DNA of 64,000 nucleotides from assembly GCA_964016885.1 (NCBI GenBank), contig OZ024740.1:188418001-188482000 (forward strand), given 5' to 3'. The DNA comes from Eledone cirrhosa. Lineage: Eukaryota. The notes under the pieces are model-generated. The model was not told the origin of the DNA. It saw nothing but the letters and a program-made list of their open reading frames with translations, and ran no database searches. Positions 44,347-57,100 of the stretch are shown here, one piece after another (the stretch's first letter is position 1; each line of letters starts with the position of its first letter). The position numbers and the translations under genes were made by a program.

Positions 44347-44666
44347 GTAATGAGAATTGTTCCCATATATTGCAAGCTCAAGCACATTCAAAATGTGTTT
44401 TTAGATCTTTCAAGCTTTTTGAATGATTATACGTTTTCTAGTATGTGTTGTGCAAACCTTACACAGTTACCTTGTAATTTTACTATTATTGCTTCATAAA
44501 AACAGTTTAAAATATTTATAAATTATGAAAATAGCGAAAGTGAATGTTTAAAACTTTGTTTTAACCCTATTTCTCTTTATGTTAGTGTTGATATTATTAA
44601 TGTTTTAAATTTGTTTCTGTACCTTTAAATTTAATAGGACTTCATCTCAAAATATTAAATAATTCT

Positions 44667-44704
<38 letters not shown>

Positions 44705-46361
44705 TATATATATATAATAATTATTTAATTTTATATTATATATAAATTGTATGATAAGTAATTTTTATATTTCATAGAGTTTAATCTTCTAGTTTTTATG
44801 GTAAAATGTTTATTCTGCACTTTTTAAGTAATTCTACTTACATCATTGATTTGAAAAATATTTTAATTCTTTTAAATTAACTTTCCAAGAAACCAGCATG
44901 GTTCTCTTCATAATAACGACACTAAGTTAATTAGAACTTACAAATACATTTGTAATGTGCACATAATGTTTGTTTGGTTTACATAAAATCCATTAATTTT
45001 ATAACTTTTATAGAAAATATAAATGTTAAAAATCTGTGTCATTGAAAATAATTTATAATAATTTGCTTTTCATGAAAACAAAAATGTTAGAAATGACAAA
45101 ACTTGTTTTAGTATGAAAGTTAACTTAATGTTTGACCTCGAAAATCATTTGCAATAGTGCTTTTTGTTCATTATAAATGGCTTAAGACAAGTAATGAATA
45201 TTAATCTATTATGTATTATGCCTATTGAACTCTAATAATTAAACTTACAAGTTTAATATGATAAATGTGTTCTTGGTTCCTTGCAAATAGATTTAGCAAA
45301 TCATTTGAGTTCATTTTAGTTTTAATTCATTAAACATATCACTTAAGAGTGAAAGTATAAGAAAAAATAAAAACAATTTGTTATTTAGATTTAAAACCTT
45401 CTTCAAAATTCTAGGCAAGAAAAATGAAGTTTCTAGAATCAATCATTTTTATTATGTGATTGGATATACTGCTGTTTTATTTCATTTTTATAAGTTTAAC
45501 TTAACTCCACAAAATCTACTCAGATTGTGGTATTTAATAAAGTTGAAATTCTATCGACTTTGAAAATGAACATTTACATTTATTAATCTGAAACTTGTTG
45601 GATATCATATACAAAGGAAAATTGTATGTTTGGAGTTATACAAATTTATATATGGAGATCAACAAATGATGTTGTGATATTCATGTTTTTTTTCCAAATT
45701 CATTGACGCAATAAATAACCCAGATTAGCTTTCTATGAAATCACCATCTTACGCTGAATGCAAAATAAAGCATAGACAAACTATTAAATTGCTCATTATA
45801 TATTTTTATATGCAACAAATTATTTCTAAAATCTTTGACTACTTTCCCTTCATAAGAAAAATATTTGTTTAAATTATAAAAATGTTCAGCCATGTATTTT
45901 TATACAAAGAAACAAATTCTCAGAAATTATATAGAATACTTTAAAAGCATAAAGATGGTAGTTATTTACAGTTGTTTTGTTTATCATTGCACAGTGTTTT
46001 AGTGTTTGTGTTAATCTTTATATATTGGGTGACATCTTTGAATGTTAGTACTGCTTTTGAAAGAATACAAACAAGTAAAATGGTGCTAGTTGAACCCAGA
46101 AACTAAATTAGACATCTACTTTTCAAATGTATTACAGCCATATTACAGAATTCACTACTATATTATAAACAATAATCGACTATTGAAATATCATGTAAAT
46201 ATAATCAGTATCGGTAAGAGATAGTGACAAAGTGTAAGTAATCCAAATCCATGTCCGAACAATAAGATCCCTGACGTCATTCACTTACTGGGTGGGGTAG
46301 AACACATGAGATTAGACCAAGGAAATAATGTTTGATCTTTTCAATTGCTAATGTTATCTCC

Positions 46362-46500
46362 CAGTTGTAGCTTATGGCAGAAGGAGCAATGTGAAATAAA
46401 GTGCCTTACTTAAGGGCATAACACATCACCCAACCTGGGAATGAAACTCACAACCTCATGATTGTGGATCCAATTCTATTTCCACCAAGCCATGCACCTT
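46362..46500 (-). mobile_element. SINE family B head
   Basis: Minus strand ggtgcatggcttggtgg...gaggttgtgagttcattcc...gcactttatttcacattgctcc. Confidence 0.7.
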
Positions 46501-48251
46501 CACATCTAAGTAAACGAATGTATAAACAATAAACATATATGTTTACATCTGTTTAAAATAGATCTCAATCTCTTGGAGTCTCAAATTTAAAATAATGTAT
46601 TGTAGGAAAAAGTTACAATGCCTGAAATGTTTAATGAACAAAAAAATAACATAATATGGGTTATAGAAATTCATTTCATACCTCAAGGTAATGTTCTGTA
46701 AATAAAATTCTCTTAATTCTGTAAATGAGTAACATTGGTTATTTACAGTTTTGTTAGAAATTTCAGTTACAATTATGTGCAGCTATTTTTCTTTGATTAA
46801 TTTATTCATGCCAAGATATTATCAGGGCTTTTATTATTAACTGGAAATCAATTATATCCAACAGAATAATGACTATTTTCTAATTCCCCCACCTTAAAAC
46901 GGTGTTCTTCTGATTTCACATTGCATTAGAAGCTGGATACCTATTTATTCATCAGCCTTTTGCTAACATACAATGCATAGTGATATATAGAAGAGTAGTA
47001 AACAATAATTTTAAGAAATAGGATAAACAATGTGGGAAGTCAAAAAACAAAATCATTTGCAATAGTGCTTTTTGTTTATTATAAATTGTGCTTTGTGAAT
47101 AAAGTATCATTTTGGAATGGGTATGAAACCAGTTAAGCATATTCTATTTAAATGAAAATTATTTTTTTTATTAACGTTGTATCACCAAAGTTTCTTTTGT
47201 TTCACTTGTGATATATTTGTAGGGATAATATCTATTAATTTTCTGTTTTTCAATTAATTCTAGTTAATTGTAGAAGATTAATGATTTTGTCCAAATATGA
47301 AAAGGATATTCTAATTGAGAGATAGAGAAGTTTTAAGTATTGCAACTGATCAATTTAATATGAAGATAGGGTTAATGACATACTTAGCTTTAGAATATAG
47401 CTATTTTCTCTTATTGTTGAAAGTATTGTGTTAAACATATGCCCATATATTATTTCTGATATAATTTCATTTTATTACTGGAGAAGATAAATTTAATGAG
47501 CAGTAAGCTAATTTTCCCAGTCAAACACACATATACACATTGTGTTGTCTTTAGAAATTGCTCTTTTTTCTAATTTCCTTATAATATAACAGCAAACTAT
47601 TATCATGTCGCTTTAAATTTGCACTTCAGTAATGGCATAGCTTCATTACTTGTCAAATTTATACATTTCATTCAGCCATGCATCTAAAGTGTCTCAATAA
47701 TATATTTGTTTCTATGGCAATAATTAAACGTTATTCAATCTAAGTTGTCCTCTATATTGTTTCACATCTTAGAACATTATTGGCTGTCTTTGAAATACTA
47801 CTTGAAATGCATCTTTTCTCCTGACAGCCACTATTGTGTTTTTATACATTTGTCTAATCAGGGAGGCTCATTTTGCCCAACTTGATCGTCAGTTTTACGA
47901 CATGAATTGTTAATCGTAATATATCCCTTATGACATGCATTTTGGTTTATTCTCTGGAGTAGATACTATTAAACATCTGTCAGCCCTCTACTTGTCTTCT
48001 ATTGTACTTCCCAGGAGAAAAGCCATAAGTAATTATAATTTCTAATATTAAAGATACACTGTGATAAAAGAAAACATTCAATGTGCTGCAGATTTTTTTT
48101 ACTGATGAATCAAGCTATTGAAACGTTTATATAAAAGTGAATCAATAGTTATGGATAATTTCTCACTGTCCTTTTTTATTTTAGAGCACCTTAAATAAAT
48201 CTTTTTTTTAATTTTCACTCTTATTAAAACAGCTTTTGTTATTTCGCAAAC

Positions 48252-48329
48252 ATGTCTACCTCATCATAGTAATTCAACGTTGTTATTTTATTTGATAACA
48301 AAGTTGAATTACTATGATGAGGTAGACAT
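48252..48329. repeat. Perfect 27-bp inverted repeat (intronic hairpin)
   Basis: atgtctacctcatcatagtaattcaac (48252-78) pairs with gttgaattactatgatgaggtagacat (48303-29). Confidence 0.9.
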
Positions 48330-49825
48330 ATACACATGTTTGCATTTTAGTTTAGGGAAGCATCACACAAATAATTGCAGTTTTGTTGATCTAGTTTCAT
48401 TTTCATGTGAATGAGATACAATTGAGATTAAATTTGTATCCGAGTGGTTTACAAAGGTAAATGACAAATCATTTTAAGACAAAAATATTGTTTGTAAATC
48501 AATCTGATAAGGAATGCAATTTTGGATAATGTCAGTTACAAAAATAATTTGATTTAGTTAAGCTTTTGAATTTGTAGTGATTAGAATTAAACCTTAAAGA
48601 TAGATGACTAAGATGACAAGCATATTTTCAGATGTTGTAACTAAATAAATGTAAAGTTGAGACAAAAGCAGCTTACCAAACCATATAATAATGTAGATAC
48701 TTAAACATTGTAGGTCATGAATATATTATGACTTCAATATAATTATGCAGTGTCCCATATTTTTCAGCCATTCTCTTTTTTCCTACATTTTGTAAGAATG
48801 TAAGTTGCATAATGTTCCCAGAATTAAATAACAGATTAAACATGTGAACATGAAAAGAAGTTCAGAGAACAGCAATTGTAGCTAGAAAATACATCACCTT
48901 TATCTACAAAAAGGCACTAACAGACCTTAAAAAATCGTTTATTTTGAAAAGATATAAAACAGTCTAATGGTTTATTTTAATCACACCAAGAAATACAAAT
49001 TAGATGTATATTTTTAGAAGCAAAGAATTTCACTGAAGGCTATTTACATGATATGATTTCATTTTCAAAAGAGAACCATGCTATGAAGGAAAAAACTCAG
49101 ACAACTACTTTGGTAAATCTTGTAATGTTAATATCCTTTTCCTTGTTTCATACTATTTTTTATACAAGTGCAGACTAAACTGAAATGAGAAACATTCACC
49201 TACTGTATAATCTAGAATCTAAACATATCATTCATCTACAAGATTTCTTAACTTTTTCATAAGAATAATAATAAATTGTAACATTAACAAAATATTGATT
49301 TTTGTCATTTTCATTAGAATAATACTATAAATACTTGTTCTTTTTTGTGTTATACATTTGATTATATTGAGTATAAATGTTATAGTTCAACGATGAAATA
49401 TTATGCTAATAGTAATACTGTAATTAAATCTAGTAAAATTCTTTTTGAAACTTTGTCACAATTGACAACATTTTGAATATTGTACCTTAATATTTCTCCT
49501 ATCAAAATATAAATTGAACTGAACAATTATTAAAATTCAATTTTAATCTTGTCTCTTATACTTGATCAGTAACGTTTTAGTTAAACTGGAAACAATTAAT
49601 CCATAAATTATTTTCTGAGCTCAGTACATCTTGTTTTATGTTTTCAACAATAAATAATGACATAATGAATTTGTTAAATTATAAACAAACATACATTGAA
49701 TCAAACTAATAGAGCTCTTCAATATAGATAAAATTTCTTAAATCCATCAGATGTCTCCAATCACCAGTGAATAATGTTTCTTTTTTATTCTTGAATGTCA
49801 TTTATATGATATGTGTTTCTTGCAG

Positions 49826-49873
49826 CAAAGGAAAATTGCTTAACTTATGAAAGCAACTATCCAAAAACCAGAG
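49826..49873 (+). CDS. Second coding exon, (A)KENCLTYESNYPKTR, phase 1-1
   Basis: Acceptor gtgtttcttgcag; donor GAG|gtaaaa; 48 nt. Only the frame continuing the 44274 exon is free of stops. Confidence 0.65.
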
Positions 49874-50510
49874 GTAAAAATGTGGTCAGTTTTATAGCAT
49901 TCTAAAGTTGAGCCGTTATGTTGTTAACTATTTTCCTTACTATTCATTGAATCTTATTACTTATATATTTTTGGCAAACTTCAAACATTTGATAATGTTC
50001 AGTATACTGAGTTCAAAGACATTTATCTGCATATCTATTATGGATAATCATCATCCATACTGTTCGAAAGAAATATATGTAATATAGAATATTGAGTGCA
50101 AAAAGAAATATTTATATATAGATTTCAGTGTTGAATAGGTTGTTATTATAAGGGTAATATAAGATTTATCTTTTAATAAGCAGCCAATTTAAAAGACAAT
50201 TAAATGAAGTTTTAAAATATTCCTTTATTATTTATCAGAAAAAAGAAAATGTGCATAGTAAGAATCTAATTCCATGATATAAATTCTTTAAGTGATATAT
50301 GAATAACATTACATACAATTAAACTTTAATTCTGAAATTACCATTTTCTTTAAAGCTCAATATAATTTTAATAAATTTGTAACGCTCTACCCCTAACCAG
50401 TGCGGAATAAGCATATATGAGAATTTAGTTTGAAGAGTTTATTGCAACCATACTGACTTTTTAAATTCCTGGTTCCAAGAACTTAATTTAACTTATTCTC
50501 TAATGAAGAT

Positions 50511-50872
50511 AATAATAATAATAATGAAATTTTTGTGTACAGTGCTCAGGTGCACTACAACTCATCAAAGGTGCATGTATAGTACATAGAATAATGTACA
50601 AATGTCAGGAAAATTAACAGTGTACGAGTCATGAAATACATGTGTGCGTGTGTATGGAGGTAGGGGGGGGGGGCATCAAGTGTAGTGTTGGCAAATCTCG
50701 GGAAGCATGGAGGTTTTAAAGGATGCAGTGTCTCAGCAGCTAACAAGTGATGCAGGTAATTTGTTCCATGCTTCAGCAACTCTGAGAGTGAACAAATGTT
50801 TCTGAAAGTTGTGGGAGCTGTGCTGTTTTATGAGTTTGTAATCATGCCCACGTGTGTGAGACACATGGAAAT
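50511..50872 (-). mobile_element. CR1-like LINE 3' end with (ATT)n tail
   Basis: Minus strand HTRGHDYKLIKQHSSHNFQKHLFTLRVAEAWNKLPASLVS..SFK, the typical CR1 ORF2 C-terminus. Confidence 0.8.
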
Positions 50873-52364
50873 CATTCCTCTGATATGTTTCACATGTTAA
50901 CTAATCTTTAGACCCTTAAAGTGTCACCTTGCAAACACCAGGATACTTAAACATGTAGTTTGCCTGTTGTACACATTTATATATAGCCAATAAATGATAA
51001 ACAAATCTTGGCTATATATATGTTCCTAGGACAAATTTGTGTCATCTCCATGCAATTATCTAGCATGTATTTAAAGACATCCATTTGGAAGAAGTTCTTT
51101 TTCTCAACTCAGTATTAATTTGCTCTAGTCTCTACCAAATATTTCTATGTGTATGTAAACGTGGAATCCTGTATCTTGGTTTTACCTATTCATGTTTATC
51201 AGTAGAATGAGATTGTGAATGAATCTAACATAAATTTTCCGTAGAATAATTGTCTGCATCTAGACTGGCAAGGATCTATTTCTTTACAATCCAATAATCA
51301 ATAGAGTTAAGATGAAATATCAGGAGGTATGTTTGCGTTTCATTATTTCTAATTACTTCCATATAAGTATTTCATCATTATAGAATATTGATCCAAAAGC
51401 AGATTAAACATATCAACTAGTAACAAAAAAAGTTATTTTTAGCGATTGTATAAAAATAATATTCTTAAACTAAGTTTAATTCTCTTTTCAATACAAGATT
51501 AATTTATATTTGGCTTATAGTTTCACATTTTAACATTGTATTTAACGTGTCTCAGTATATGTGTGTGTGTGCATGCATGTACATCTGTGCTCACATATCT
51601 GTGTCAATGGAAAATATATTTGACAAAGTGAAAGGTAAATGTAATAAATATAATTATAATGAAAACAAATGAAGTGAAAATGAAATTGCAAATCGAAAAT
51701 ATTCCTTTTTATGGAAAAATAATCAAATACATTTCATAAAGAAATACATCCCTATGCTTCTAAATTAGATTTTCAAATCAAAACAATGAAAACAACCATT
51801 TTCTTTTGTTCAATATTCTGCTTGGTTTGTTTAGTTTTTTTCCTTTTAACATTCTAACTGGATTAATTATCTATCAACAAAATCTGCTGAAATTTTATTT
51901 TCTAATATTTTCTGTTTTCTAAACAAAATGATAAATTTCTATCGATGAGATAATTTATTTATCTGGTCATGTTATACATATGCTTCAAAATATTTTAGTT
52001 GAATGTTTCCACTAGTATGTAAAGGCTCTCTGTTATTAACCTCAATGATATAGTTTTTTTTTACATCATGCATTGAAAGTGTTTCATTTTATTTTTATAA
52101 GTAGTGATAGGTCTGCATTTTCTCAAATGTAGAATGATAGAGAAGATGCATTTATAAGAATATCAATGAACATATTCATTACTTTACCAATGTTTCGCAT
52201 AAAATAGCTTAAATATTTTGTCACTCTATTTAAATATAAATTACAAGAAAAGATATATATATTCCTATATTAATCAACTTAATTAAAAAGATAAGTAGAA
52301 AGACTAGTTATAATCCTCATATATATTATATATATATATATGTCTGTATATATATATATATATG

Positions 52365-52437
<73 letters not shown>

Positions 52438-52586
52438 ATATATATATATGTATGTATATATATATATATGTATGTATATATATATATATGTATGTATATA
52501 TATATATATGTATGTATATGTATATATATATATATGTATGTATATATATATATATGTATGTATATATATATATATATATATGTATG

Positions 52587-52617
<31 letters not shown>

Positions 52618-52673
52618 ATATATATATATATATATATGTATGAAAATATATATATATATATATATGTATGTAT

Positions 52674-53258
52674 GGTCACCAGTTGGTGCTACTGGTAACA
52701 TGTATCCCAGTACAACCTGTCTCATGGTCGGGTCGTTGGCGACTAAACTGGCAACCCCACCAAGGTTTCTTGGTGAGGAGGGTGACTTTGGACACTGCAG
52801 GACTAAAAACAAAACCTGTCAAAGAGTCAATGGCCATCCAAAATCACCGGGAGAGATGACCCCTTAGCCTTTGTAAAGGCAGAATTCTAGGAGAAGGAAA
52901 ACTCTGATATAACACCTGCAACCCTGACGGTATCCAATGATGTTGACTTGTTCTTCTTTTTGGTAAATATCATCTTGGTTAAGAGAGTGGGACTGGCTTT
53001 GTGCAGTGCCTTTGCTCACTATAAAAGCTTCACGGCGCAGGCATTGCTTTATATCTGGAGATCTCTCTGCACTTGTCATCACATGGAACCATGGGCCCAG
53101 CACTATGTGTCAATAATTGTCACAAGTGAAGTGTTTGTACCAGAGTTTTCAAGTCGCTGGCTGGACTAAAATGTCACACTCGTTCAGCGCATTGGTAGGA
53201 GTTCTCCTTCATGGATATAAAGTAGTGGCCGTACTCGAAAACGAGTTGGCAGCCACCA
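52674..53258 (+). mobile_element. Bipartite non-autonomous RTE derivative (5' UTR joined to the extreme 3' end)
   Basis: RTE-5'UTR-like ggcgactaaact and ggagaaggaaaactctga; terminal [20 protein letters not shown] zinc-finger remnant; ctcg-aaaa-cgag stem-loop; flanked by TA/TATG repeats. Confidence 0.55.
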
Positions 53259-53262
53259 TATG

Positions 53263-53305
<43 letters not shown>

Positions 53306-53366
53306 ATATATATATATATATGTATGTAAATATATATATATATGTATGTAAATATATATATATTTG

Positions 53367-53407
<41 letters not shown>

Positions 53408-53485
53408 ATATGTATGTATATATATATGTATGTATATATATATTACTGTATATATGTATATATAAATATATGTATATGTATATAT

Positions 53486-54148
53486 CATCATCATCATCAT
53501 CATCAACGTTTAACGTCCGTGTTCCACGCTTGCATGGGTTTGGACGGGGGTAGTCCCACTTGAGGCAAGAGTGATTGTCTTGCTCGCATAGGACTGTCTG
53601 GCAGGTTTTCTACAGTTGGATGCCCTTCCTAACACCAACCACATTTACAGTGTGGGTCTGGGAGGTTTTTACCGTGTTGCCTACACGGCCACATTACAGC
53701 GTGGACTGTGTGTTTTTTTGTCGTGACACCTACACGATCTCATTTGTTTCGGCCTGGATGGCGCGGCACCAACATAACTTTACATAGAACGGGGTGGTGT
53801 GGATGGGGTGGGGGTGGTGGTGGTGGGACGGGGTGTATTTTGTTAGAGATGCCTACTGGCTGGAGTAGGTTTTACTATATATTTAGGTAAGGCGGGTCTT
53901 CTCTGTTACTGAGTACCGCCAAAGGTCTCGGTCCAGTGACATTGTCTTGGAGAGGTGTAAGTGTGTGATGTCGGAGTTTATCAGCTCGTCCCAGGTTTTT
54001 CTAGGTCTGCCTATTCCGTGACTACCGTCTATCTTTATTGCCCTGCACTTTGTTATACAGCTATCGACTTTCATGCGCATCACGTGTCCATACCAACGTA
54101 GCCTTCTCTCGAGTAAACAACATCTGATCCCTCTTATCTCTAATTTTT
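53486..54148 (-). mobile_element. 5'-truncated RTE copy (about 660 bp) tandem to the full element
   Basis: Near-identical to 54171-54826 with several substitutions (WDELINSDIT vs WEELINSDLT); has its own (GAT)n tail. Confidence 0.9.
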
Positions 54149-54170
54149 ATATATATGTATGTATATATAT

Positions 54171-57100
54171 CATCATCATCATCATCATCAACGTTTAACG
54201 TCCGTGTTCCACGCTTGCATGGGTTTGGACGGGGGTATTGCCACTTGAGGCAAGAGTGATTGTCTTGCTCGCATAGGACTGTCTGGTAGATTTTCTACAG
54301 TTGGATGCCCTTCCTAACACCAACCACATTTACAGTATGGGTCTGGGAGGTTTTTACCATGTTGCCTACACGGCCACATTACAGCGTGGACTGTGTGTTT
54401 TTTGTCGTGACACCTACACGATCTCATTTGTTTCGGCCTGGATGGCGTGGCACCAACATAACTTTACATATAAGGGGGTGGTGTGGATGGGGTGGGGGTG
54501 GTGGGACGGGGTGTATTTTGTTAGAGATGCCTACTGGCTGTAGTAGGTTTTACTATGTATTTAGGTAAGGCGGGTCTTCTCTGTTACTGAGTACCGCCAA
54601 AGGTCTCGGTCCAGTGACATTGTCTTGGAGAGGTGTAAGTGTGTGAGGTCGGAGTTTATCAGCTCTTCCCAGGTTTTTCTAGGTCTGCCTATTCCGTGGC
54701 TACCGTCTATCTTTATTGCCCTGCACTTTGTTATACAGCTATCGACTTTCATGCGCATCACGTGTCCATACCAACGTAGTCTTCTCTCGAGTAAACAACA
54801 TCTGATCCCTCTTATTTCTAATTTTTTCCTTAGTTCGTTTATGCTTTGCCGTTCACGTATATTGCTGTTACACATCCAGCGGAGCATGCAAGCTTCGTTC
54901 CTCTCTAGTCTGCGTATATCCTCTGCACACAATGCCCAGGTCTCACTGCCATGCAACATTGATGTTCGTATGCAGGCATCATACAACCTGCCTTTCATTT
55001 TTAGGGAGAACCCTTTAGCAGCTAATAGTGGTATAAGCTCTCTGAACTTTTTCCATCCAGTTCTGACTCTAGCTACTGTACTTTCAGAGCACCCTCCCCC
55101 ACTGCTGATTTTGTCACCCAGGTAACGGAAGCTGTCCACTATTTCTATAGAGCCCTCTACGCAGTTGTAAGAGCTAGTATTTTGTGGGCACTTGCTGCTA
55201 CTTATTGCACCAGAGCACCGGCCACATGTAAAATCTATGTTCTTAGTTAGCTTACCTGTGATCCCACTACATCTTTTATGCACCCATACTTTGCATTTGG
55301 GACATAAAATGGAGTTTCTACCTACGCCTTTCCTACACACTGAGCATGGCCATTTCCCAGAAGGGGCCGCCGCCTTATTTTCTTTCCTACAAACTAGAAC
55401 TTTAGTCTTAGCCAGGTTAATTTTAAGGCCTTTTGATTCTAGGCCGTGCTTCCATGTTTGGAATTTCTTCTCTAGCTCGGCCATTGATTCAGCTATGAGT
55501 GTCAGGTCATCTGCGTATAGGAGTTCCCATGGGGAGCCGGTCTTGAACTCCTCTGTTATAGCCTGAAGGGCAATAATAAATAGTAGGGGCTGAGAACAGA
55601 GCCCTGATGGACGCCAACTTTTACGCTAAACTCTTCACTATATTCGTTGTTAATTCTAACGTTGCTGACTGGCTTGTATAGCTCTCACAAGCCATTTGTC
55701 AACACCTAGTTTTCTAAGAGCCCACCAGATAATGGAACGGGGGACTCTGTCGAAGGCTTTCTCCAAGTCGGCAAAAGCTAAGTAGAGGGGTTTACCTTTA
55801 GCTAGGTACTTCTCCTGTAGTTGTCGTACAATGAAAAGAGCGTCTGTGGTACGTTTGCCTGACACAAACCCGAACTGCATTTCATCTAGGTAAATTCTCT
55901 CTCTGATTAGTTGCGCTATTACTTTTTCCGTGACCTTCATGACCTGGTCGATTAGTTTAATGCCTCTATAGTTACTCCTATCTAGGGCATCTCCTTTACC
56001 CTTATAACAGTTAACGATGATGCTGCTATGCCAGTCCTTCGGAACAACCCCATTCTGTACGACTTGGTTAACTATCCGAGTGACCATGGTGTGTCCCACC
56101 GTGCCAGATGCCTTCAGCATCTCAGCAACTATTTCCGAAGGCCCAGCCGCCTTACCCGTCTTCATATCCTTGATTGCCTTACTTATAATACTCCCCTCGA
56201 CTAACACTGCTGGTCCCTCTATTGGGTCGATGTGCGGGAGACTGTCTTTCTCCCATTTATTCTCCTCATTTAGTAGCCTTTCATAGTGACACTTCCAAGC
56301 TACCTTCTTATCAGCGTTGGTGATGGCAAGTACGCCGTCATCATTAAGTACACACTTCTCCCCGACAATATCACAGTTTTCCTTGACACATTGCCTAGCA
56401 ATCCTGAACACCTCACGTTTTTGGTCCTCGCGTTGTAGAACAGGCTTGAACTTTCTTTCCTCTGCTTCCCTTCTTGCGAAGTACACTTGTCTCCTAGCTT
56501 CCCTCCTGGCCACTTGATAGTCTTCTCTACTTCCCCCATCCCGCCATACTTTCCAAGCCTGCTTTTTGGCCTTAATTGACTCCTCCACCTTACTGTTCCA
56601 CCACCATGTTACTCTCCTCCTACCTACAGGCCTGCTCCAGCCACAGACGTCGTCTGTCGCCATCAGCAGGTTTGCTTTCAGAAATTCCCACTGTCCCTCT
56701 ATATTGTCCAACTCTAAATGCTCTTCCTTACTGCCGAAAGCATCAAGTAATATGCCTTGAAATTTATTTCTGGCTGTGGGGTCCTTTAGCTTCCATATTT
56801 TTCTCCTGAGGATAGTCCTCTTCTGCTGTCGAGTATGTCTCGTCCTGACTATGAGGTCGCTAATTATCAGTCTATGTTGGGAGGTGCATTCTTCATGGGG
56901 GAGGGATTTAGTGTTTACAACAGACACTCTGTCACATCTTCTGGTAAGGATATAATCTACCTGGCTTGTGTGTTCCCCGGATCTATAGGTGATCAGGTGA
57001 TTGTCACGTTTTTTGAAGTTAGTGTTACAGATAGTTAGGTTATTTGCGTCACAGAATTCCAGGATTCTGGAGCCTTCCTCATTTCTAGTACCCATAGCCT

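Noticed and set aside
48317-48326. TGAGGTAG as a let-7 gene
   Set aside because: Only 8 nt match; the remainder of mature let-7 is absent.
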